Source: Clostridia bacterium (GTDB lineage Bacteria > Bacillota > Clostridia > Oscillospirales > CAG-272). From it: 57,284 nucleotides of DNA. The DNA lies in contig JAGBIA010000015.1 in the NCBI GenBank assembly GCA_017935225.1, positions 1-57,284 on the forward strand, written 5' to 3'. Under the pieces are notes generated by a model. The model had not been told where the DNA came from and did no database searches. It worked only from the letters and a program-made list of their open reading frames with translations. Positions 27,785-33,956 of the stretch are shown piece after piece. Position 1 is the stretch's first letter; the number at the start of each line of letters is the position of its first letter. Position numbers and translations under genes: made by a program.

Positions 27785-29017
27785 TCAGTTACTTTTTATA
27801 TCCGTGATTCTCGCTTTTGCCTCGCCGTCAGAGAGCACAATGCTTATTTCGCCGTCAAGTGTAAGCTCGTCCACAGAGCTTACTATCTTTCCTTCCCCGT
27901 TCTTTGTAACGCTGTATCCGCGACCAAGCACCGCCAAAGGATTGATAAGCGAGAGAGCCTGCGCCGTGGCAGAAAGTCTGTCTCGGCTGTTTTTGCAGAT
28001 ACCGCTGATCAGACTCTGTAAAAGCTCTGTCTTATAGGTCAGCGTTTGTCTGTCGCTTGCAAGTCTTGCGGCGGGCGAGCAGAGTTCAAGCCTCTTTGCG
28101 TTCATCAAAAGCAGATTTTTCTTCTCTGCGACGGTGCGCGCCACCCTGCCCGAGAGCCTATCGCTCGCATCCGCAACTCTTTGCAGATACTCAACTCTGT
28201 CGGGCACCGCGAGCTCAGCCGCCGCCGAGGGCGTAGGAGCGCGGCAATCGGCGACGAAGTCGCAGAGCGTGAAATCTGTCTCGTGACCAACCGCAGAAAT
28301 CGTCGGTATCGCAGATGCCGCAAGCGCGCGAATGACTCGCTCGTCGTTGAACGCCCACAGATCCTCGATAGATCCGCCGCCTCTGCCGATGATTATTACG
28401 TCGCAGGCAGAATAAGCATTGAGAAGCTCGATAGATCTGCACAGCGACTCGGGTGCGCCTTCACCCTGAACAAGCGAGGGGCAAAGCAATATCTTCGCCG
28501 CAGGCCATCTTCTGCCCGTGACGTTTATCATATCTCTTATCGCCGCTCCCGTGGGAGAGGTAATGATTCCTATACAATCGGGTATCTTAGGAAGAGCTCT
28601 CTTACGCTCGGGAGCAAAGAGTCCTTCTTCCATAAGCTTTTTCTTGAGTCTCTCGTACTCAAGCTGAAGCGCACCTATTCCGTCGTCGACCATAGCCGAG
28701 ACGTAGATCTGGCACTTTCCGCTCTTTTCGTACATAGAAATTCTTCCGTACGCGCGGACTCGCATACCGTTTCTCGCAGTAAAGCGCATAGTCGATGCGG
28801 TGGAGCGGAACATTACCGCCGACAGCTCTGCTTCCTCGTCCTTGAGCGTGAAGTAGAGGTGTCCGCTTGAATGGTATTTGAGGTTTGATATCTCACCGAT
28901 AACACAAACGCTTGAGAGGAGCGCGTCGTTATCCATCAGCATCTTTACGTAGCGGTTAACCTCTCCGACCGAGAGCGCATCGTCGCGCTGATCGAGTGTC
29001 ATAGCTCCGAAGTTCAT
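27785..29017 (-). CDS. xseA: Exodeoxyribonuclease VII large subunit
   Basis: 410 aa with an OB-fold N-terminus (VIGEISNLKYHSSGHLYFTLKD) and the catalytic region GRGGGSIEDLWAFNDE. Confidence 0.93.
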   Translation of the reverse strand: MNFGAMTLDQRDDALSVGEVNRYVKMLMDNDALLSSVCVIGEISNLKYHSSGHLYFTLKDEEAELSAVMFRSTASTMRFTARNGMRVRAYGRISMYEKSGKCQIYVSAMVDDGIGALQLEYERLKKKLMEEGLFAPERKRALPKIPDCIGIITSPTGAAIRDMINVTGRRWPAAKILLCPSLVQGEGAPESLCRSIELLNAYSACDVIIIGRGGGSIEDLWAFNDERVIRALAASAIPTISAVGHETDFTLCDFVADCRAPTPSAAAELAVPDRVEYLQRVADASDRLSGRVARTVAEKKNLLLMNAKRLELCSPAARLASDRQTLTYKTELLQSLISGICKNSRDRLSATAQALSLINPLAVLGRGYSVTKNGEGKIVSSVDELTLDGEISIVLSDGEAKARITDIKSN

Positions 29018-29985
29018 CTATCCACCTCCGCGATAGCGCGTAATCTTGCAAGCAAAGCCACTCCTGCCGCGTTATCTGCCGAGAACTCAGGCTCAGAGAA
29101 GAGCGCGTCGCGTCCTTTTGCTAAAGACGGGCGCATAAGTTTATTCGACATCACGCCACCTGCGTAAAGCACAGGCATATCTCCGTATTTTTCGAGTATC
29201 TGCGAGGTCATCTCGCACAGCGTTCTGCAGATAAAATCAAACACGAATGCCGCCACCGCCTGCTTGTCCTCGGTATCCTTATACATCTTTGCCGCAATAT
29301 TCTCAACTCCCGAGAGACTGCAACAGCCGTCACTTACGCACACGCGGCGCTTCTCGATCTTGCCCTCGTATGCCGCCGCCAAGCTTTCAAGCTCGCGTCC
29401 GCAAGGAAAATCGAGCCCTAACGCCACACCGACGCGGTCGATCGCCTGTCCTGCGTTGATATCCTTCGTCTCTCCGACAAGCTGAATATCAAAATCGCTC
29501 TTGTCTTCATTCGGAGTGACGAGGAGTGCCTCGGTAGTACCGCCAGAGACATGAAAAGCGAGAAATCTGCCGCCAAGCAGTCTGTCGCTCTCACCCGAGG
29601 AATATGCCGCAGCCATAACGTGTCCGTGCTGATGCGAGGTCTTGTAAACTCTGAGTGCGCGCGACGCCGCAAACGACTCTGCCGCCGCTATTCCGCAAAG
29701 GAAGCACGGCATATAAGAGCCCTCGGCTCTTCTCGGTGTCGAAGACACACCTACCGCGATCGGTTCGTAGCCATCAAGCACGCTCGAAAGTCTTTTACAA
29801 AGTTCGGGGAGATTTTTGGTATGTGCAAATACCGCATCCGACTGTCTCAGTCCTCGCTCGCCGCTCTTGACCGGCAAGGGAGCTTTGAGATTTGCTATCA
29901 CGCGTCCGTCGATATCGCAAAGTGCGATCGAGGTCGTGTAGTTGCTGGTATCGAACGCGACCACGCATTTTTTCTTATCAGTCAT
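29014..29985 (-). CDS. Kae1/TsaD-like (glycoprotease family, ASKHA fold) protein
   Basis: About 323 aa. FDTSNYTTSIAL at the N-terminus, an HQHGH motif resembling the TsaD/Kae1 HxxxH metal site, and YAGGVMSN near the C-terminus. Start chosen at MTDKKK; an alternative ATG is at 30009. Confidence 0.5.
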   Translation of the reverse strand: MTDKKKCVVAFDTSNYTTSIALCDIDGRVIANLKAPLPVKSGERGLRQSDAVFAHTKNLPELCKRLSSVLDGYEPIAVGVSSTPRRAEGSYMPCFLCGIAAAESFAASRALRVYKTSHQHGHVMAAAYSSGESDRLLGGRFLAFHVSGGTTEALLVTPNEDKSDFDIQLVGETKDINAGQAIDRVGVALGLDFPCGRELESLAAAYEGKIEKRRVCVSDGCCSLSGVENIAAKMYKDTEDKQAVAAFVFDFICRTLCEMTSQILEKYGDMPVLYAGGVMSNKLMRPSLAKGRDALFSEPEFSADNAAGVALLARLRAIAEVDR

Positions 29986-30409
29986 TTTTAGTCTTTCCCT
30001 CAGCCTCAAGCGCGCTCTTGATAGAGTTGAGAACTCCGTTCACGAATGCCTTTGCCTTGGGATCGTCAAATTTTTTGGTAAGCTCGATAGCCTCGTTGAT
30101 AGACACGCTGTACGGGATATCCTCACAGAAAAGCATCTCGTAGACTGCGAGTCTCATAACCGAACGCGAAAGGCGGGTAAGTCTGTGAGTCTTCCAGCCG
30201 TTAGAGTTCGCGCCGATAAGCTCGTCGATCTTCTCCCTGTTTTCGCATACGCCGAAGTAGGCAGCTTTTATATATTCATCCTCGGGGATCTCGCGATTCT
30301 CAGTAGAAATTGCGAAGATCTCGCTCGAATTTTCCTCAGTCTTGAATTCTGTTTCGAAGAGCAGACCGACAACGACCTCTCTTGCTTCTTTTCTTTTAAG
30401 TGCGCTCAT
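29978..30409 (-). CDS. nusB: Transcription antitermination factor NusB
   Basis: 143 aa; REVVVGLLFE...AVYEMLF...DIPYSVSINEAIELTKKF is typical of NusB. Confidence 0.93.
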   Translation of the reverse strand: MSALKRKEAREVVVGLLFETEFKTEENSSEIFAISTENREIPEDEYIKAAYFGVCENREKIDELIGANSNGWKTHRLTRLSRSVMRLAVYEMLFCEDIPYSVSINEAIELTKKFDDPKAKAFVNGVLNSIKSALEAEGKTKND

Positions 30410-30478
30410 TTTGTAATTTTCCTTTCATCTGACAGATATGTCAAAAAGCCATTGGGCACAAAAATCCATATTAATTAT

Positions 30479-30507
30479 ATTATAAAACTTATTTGTCAAA
30501 AAGTCAA
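30479..30507 (-). promoter_or_regulatory. nusB operon promoter
   Basis: Minus strand reads TTGACT, 17 nt, TATAAT, about 70 nt upstream of the nusB ATG. Confidence 0.6.
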
Positions 30508-30513
30508 GGTAAA

Positions 30514-30538
30514 ATGAATATTTTTCATAAATATTCAT
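30514..30538. repeat. Perfect 10-bp-arm inverted repeat
   Basis: ATGAATATTT-TTCAT-AAATATTCAT, read directly, immediately upstream of the nusB -35. Confidence 0.85.
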
Positions 30539-30565
30539 TCGTTTTTTGCATAAAAAAGCACCCGC

Positions 30566-30766
30566 CTTGGCGTACCTGCCGTAGAGCAGGTACGCCGGCT
30601 ATGATCGCCTGCGGCGAGTTTAGAGTTATGATTGCCTTCGGCAAGTTATGATACACCTTCGGTGCAGTTTGAAGCGACAAGGCGATCATATCATAACGAT
30701 TGCATTTTTGCGCAGCAAAATGCAAACTCATAACGGTGAGTGTGAGCGAGCCTCATCACTCATAAC
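30566..30766. repeat. Array of short hairpins separated by convergent GTTATGA / TCATAAC heptamers (candidate structured RNA or protein-binding array)
   Basis: A 10-bp hairpin GGCGTACCTG/CAGGTACGCC (30569-30596). Three units of (A)GTTATGAT plus a 4-5-bp hairpin: TCGCC-TGC-GGCGA, TTGCC-TTC-GGCAA, CACC-TTC-GGTG. Then three TCATAAC heptamers (30691, 30728, 30760) interleaved with hairpins TTGCATTTT/AAAATGCAA and GAGTGTGAG/CTCA(T)CACTC. ATGATCGCC (30601-30609) is complementary to GGCGATCAT (30681-30689). Confidence 0.6.
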
Positions 30767-30807
30767 TAAAAATAGCATTTGTATCTTCAAATGCGGTGCT
30801 TCTCAAG

Positions 30808-30848
30808 AAAAAAGGACGAGGAATTTTCGCAATTCTTCGTCCTTTTGT
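30808..30848. terminator. Bidirectional rho-independent terminator
   Basis: An A-run, then GGACGAGGAATT-TTCGC-AATTCTTCGTCC (one mismatch), then a T-run. Terminates the minus-strand gpsA-like gene and any plus-strand transcript of the hairpin array. Confidence 0.75.
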
Positions 30849-30919
30849 TGTCGGTAGGTGGTATTCCGGTTAATTCTGCTCTATCGCAGATATCCCTTCG
30901 CGAGTGCCAAATTTAACAT

Positions 30920-31960
30920 TCAGAACGTGAACTTTTCCCAAGGGAGTTCTGCGTTTGCCTTCTTGGTGAGGACGTCGTTGATGTGGAGCAGAAGCGGGAA
31001 ATCATTTTTATCTACCACGCCCTTCTCTGCGCTCACAAGAATTGCTCTTGCAACGCGCTCCGCAACTACGAGCGATTCGAGCGTTACGCCGTTGAGCTCT
31101 GCCTTTGCTTCGTCGATGTTAAGACCTCTTCCGAGAAGGATGCCGACGAGTCTTGTACGTCCACCGTAAACGGTAACGTAAAGGTCGCCGAGACCTACCT
31201 TGAGGTTTTTGAGCGTGAGCGCGCCCTGGAAATCGAGAAGCTTATACATCTCCTCAACCGCCTGACCGAAAACTGCAGCCTGAGAATTGAAGTGAAGCTC
31301 GCTGTCAATTCCGAATTCCTTCTGGTTAAGACCGATGGTGAGCGCGATGCCGAGTGCGTAGCCGTTCTTGAGTGCAACTGCGCTCTCAATTCCTACAACG
31401 TCTGTGGTGATGCTAATGTGATAGTACTCGGTCTGCATAATAGCCTTGAGCTTTGCGAGAGTCTCAATATCGTCACCGCAGAATGCTACCTCGGTCTGAT
31501 CGTGTGCGACAAGCTCGTAGCTTGTGCAAGGACCGCCGACTGCGTTGAGCGAGAGATTCTTGCCAAGCTTTTCTGCCTTTGCGCGCCAAAGATCAGGGTA
31601 AGTAAGAAGCTTGCCCTCGGGAGTATCCATAAGTCCCTTGGTTACGGTAAGAACGGGAATGCTTTCGGGAATGAGAGGAAGGATAACGTCGCCAAACCAC
31701 TCAACGCCGAAGCTCGAAACGCCGCCGATGATCATATCAGAGCCATCGATAGCCTTCTCTACGTCCTCTATCTGATAGAACTTGAGTCCTGCGGGAAAGT
31801 CCTTTGTGAACTTGGGATGTCTGTTTGTTGCGATAGAGGTATTGATTATCTCGCGGTCAAGATGAGTACCTACAAGTCTTACCTCGTGTCCGTTCTCTCT
31901 TGCAGGAAAAGCGAGAGCCGAGCCCATCATTCCTGCGCCGATTATTGTTACTACAGCCAT
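30920..31960 (-). CDS. gpsA: NAD(P)H-dependent glycerol-3-phosphate dehydrogenase-like
   Basis: 346 aa with a Rossmann N-terminus (VTIIGAGMMGSALAF). Overall resemblance to GpsA-family proteins; a somewhat divergent variant. Confidence 0.7.
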   Translation of the reverse strand: MAVVTIIGAGMMGSALAFPARENGHEVRLVGTHLDREIINTSIATNRHPKFTKDFPAGLKFYQIEDVEKAIDGSDMIIGGVSSFGVEWFGDVILPLIPESIPVLTVTKGLMDTPEGKLLTYPDLWRAKAEKLGKNLSLNAVGGPCTSYELVAHDQTEVAFCGDDIETLAKLKAIMQTEYYHISITTDVVGIESAVALKNGYALGIALTIGLNQKEFGIDSELHFNSQAAVFGQAVEEMYKLLDFQGALTLKNLKVGLGDLYVTVYGGRTRLVGILLGRGLNIDEAKAELNGVTLESLVVAERVARAILVSAEKGVVDKNDFPLLLHINDVLTKKANAELPWEKFTF

Positions 31961-31975
31961 TTTAACTCCTTTTAG

Positions 31976-32007
31976 AATAAAAACAAGGGAGAATTGATCT
32001 CCCCTGT
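31976..32007 (-). terminator. Terminator after tsf
   Basis: Minus strand reads CAGGGGAGA-TCAAT-TCTCCCTTG (one G-U pair) followed by TTTTTA. Confidence 0.6.
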
Positions 32008-32026
32008 TTTATATATTCAAGATCAA

Positions 32027-32959
32027 TTACTGATTGTTGGTGAGCTTTGCGATCTCTTCAGCAAAGTTCTCTTCTCTCTTCTGGATACCCTCGCCCTTCT
32101 CGAAACGGAAGAAGCCGGTGATCTTGATGTCGCCGCCAAGCTCCTTAGAGGTGTTAGCAACGTACTTGCCAACGGTTACGTCATCATCCTTGAAGTATTC
32201 CATATCGAGCAAGCAGTTGTTCTCGTAGAACTTGCCGAGCTTACCGATAACCATCTTCTCAAGAATGTTAGCAGGCTTGCCAGCGTTCTTGGGATCGTTT
32301 GCCATCTGAGCAAGGATAATAGCCTTCTCATCCTCAAGAACAGATGCGGGAACGGAGTCTCTGTCAAGGTAAGGAGTGGTGAATGCGCCGATCTGGAGAG
32401 CGATGTTCTTAGCGAATGCTGCGAACTCTTCCTTAGCTGCAACAGCCTCGTCAGCCTCAAAGCTAACTACAACGCCGATGCTGCCTGCACCGTGGATGTA
32501 GGTGCTGGTGATGCCCTCTGCGATTGCGAAACGGCGGATGCTGAGCTTCTCACCGATAACGAAGATCATCTCCTTGAGCTTAGCGTCAACGGTTACGTCG
32601 CCCTCTACGTAGTTAGAAGCGAGAAGCTCGTCAACGTTTGCGGGCTTGTTAGCGATGATGGTCTTGAGGATGTTCTTTACAAACTCCTGGAAGGAAGCGT
32701 TCTTAGCAACGAAGTCGGTCTCGGAGTTGACCTCAACGATCGCGGTTACACCGTTCTCGCTCATGATGTCAACGATACCGTCAGCTGCAATTCTGGTTGC
32801 GGCCTTTGCTTCTGCCTTGAGCTCGCCTCTCTTACGGAGGATCTTTATTGCTTCTTCTGCGTCGCCGTTAGCCTCTACGAGAGCCTTCTTGCACTCCATC
32901 ATACCGATACCGGTCTTAGCGCGGAGCTCGGCAACGTCTTTTGCTGTAATGTTTGCCAT
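32027..32959 (-). CDS. tsf: Translation elongation factor Ts
   Basis: 310 aa; ITAKDVAELRAKTGIGMMECKKALVEANGD is the canonical EF-Ts UBA-like N-terminus. Confidence 0.97.
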   Translation of the reverse strand: MANITAKDVAELRAKTGIGMMECKKALVEANGDAEEAIKILRKRGELKAEAKAATRIAADGIVDIMSENGVTAIVEVNSETDFVAKNASFQEFVKNILKTIIANKPANVDELLASNYVEGDVTVDAKLKEMIFVIGEKLSIRRFAIAEGITSTYIHGAGSIGVVVSFEADEAVAAKEEFAAFAKNIALQIGAFTTPYLDRDSVPASVLEDEKAIILAQMANDPKNAGKPANILEKMVIGKLGKFYENNCLLDMEYFKDDDVTVGKYVANTSKELGGDIKITGFFRFEKGEGIQKREENFAEEIAKLTNNQ

Positions 32960-33004
32960 AGTCTTATAATTCCTTTCGTATTATTTACTTGTTTGTGGTA
33001 AAAA

Positions 33005-33745
33005 TTACTCTGCGTCAGCCTCTGCTGACTCAGCTTCCTCTGCGGGAGCCTCGGTGAGCTGCTCGCCCTGCTTACCCTCGATAACTGCATCAGCAAGTAC
33101 GGAGGAGATGAGCTTGATAGCGCGGATAGCGTCGTCGTTACCGGGAATTACGTAATCAGCGTCGTCGGGGTCACAGTTGGTATCAACGATAGCAACTACC
33201 GGGATACCGAGCTTCTTAGCCTCGAGGACTGCGTTTCTTTCCTTCTTAGGATCTACGATGAAGATAGCTGCGGGAAGAGTATCCATAGTCTTGATACCGC
33301 CGTAGTTCTTCTCAAGGTCGAAGATCTCCTTCTGCTTTGCAGCAACTTCCTTCTTGGGAAGAAGATCAAATGTTCCATCCTCCTGCATCTTCTCAAGTGC
33401 GTTGAGTCTGCCGATGGATCTCTTAATGGTCTTGAAGTTGGTCATCATACCGCCGGGCCAACGAACGTTTACGTAGTACATACCGCAACGTGTAGCCTCT
33501 TCCTTGATCGCGTCTGCAGCCTGCTTCTTGGTACCAACGAAAAGAACGTTACCACCCTCTGCTGCGATGTCGCGAACGAAGTTGTATGCTTCGTCAAACT
33601 TCTTAACGGTCTTCTGAAGGTCAATGATGTGAATACCGTTTCTCTCAGTGAAGATGTACTCCTGCATCTTGGGGTTCCATCTTCTTGTGTGGTGTCCGAA
33701 ATGAACACCTGCTTCAAGCAACTGCTTAATAGTAATAACAGACAT
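33005..33745 (-). CDS. rpsB: 30S ribosomal protein S2
   Basis: Start set at [27 protein letters not shown] (ATG at 33745, GGAGG RBS). Has the acidic C-terminal tail. Confidence 0.97.
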   Translation of the reverse strand: MSVITIKQLLEAGVHFGHHTRRWNPKMQEYIFTERNGIHIIDLQKTVKKFDEAYNFVRDIAAEGGNVLFVGTKKQAADAIKEEATRCGMYYVNVRWPGGMMTNFKTIKRSIGRLNALEKMQEDGTFDLLPKKEVAAKQKEIFDLEKNYGGIKTMDTLPAAIFIVDPKKERNAVLEAKKLGIPVVAIVDTNCDPDDADYVIPGNDDAIRAIKLISSVLADAVIEGKQGEQLTEAPAEEAESAEADAE

Positions 33746-33894
33746 TTTATGTCCTCCTTCGGTTTTTTCCACCACGTTTCCCTCGGCGATTTATCGCCCG
33801 TGCGCCTCACGGAGCGACACCGAACCGCCACACAGGAACGTGTGTGTATTATTATTTTTACGCTCGACATATGTCGACGCGCAAATTACAGTTG

Positions 33895-33923
33895 ATTATA
33901 TCACACTTATTTATGTTTTGCAA
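33895..33923 (-). promoter_or_regulatory. rpsB-tsf promoter
   Basis: Minus strand reads TTGCAA, 17 nt, TATAAT with TG two nt upstream. Leaves a leader of about 140 nt. Confidence 0.65.
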
Positions 33924-33956
33924 TAGCTGTGCGACAAATTAACAAATTGTTTACAA

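Noticed and set aside
30494-30508. TGTCAAA-A-AGTCAAG, reminiscent of the CtsR heptad direct repeat
   Set aside because: The repeat period is 8 nt rather than the 10 nt of GGTCAAANANGGTCAAA. Both heptads deviate from consensus. The second is simply the reverse complement of the -35 hexamer of the nusB promoter.
30525-30731. 68-aa minus-strand ORF (and the 69-aa plus-strand ORF at 30648-30857) in the nusB/gpsA intergenic region
   Set aside because: Neither has an RBS, and both run straight through the hairpin/heptamer array. The peptides look like translated repeats. I treat the region as non-coding.
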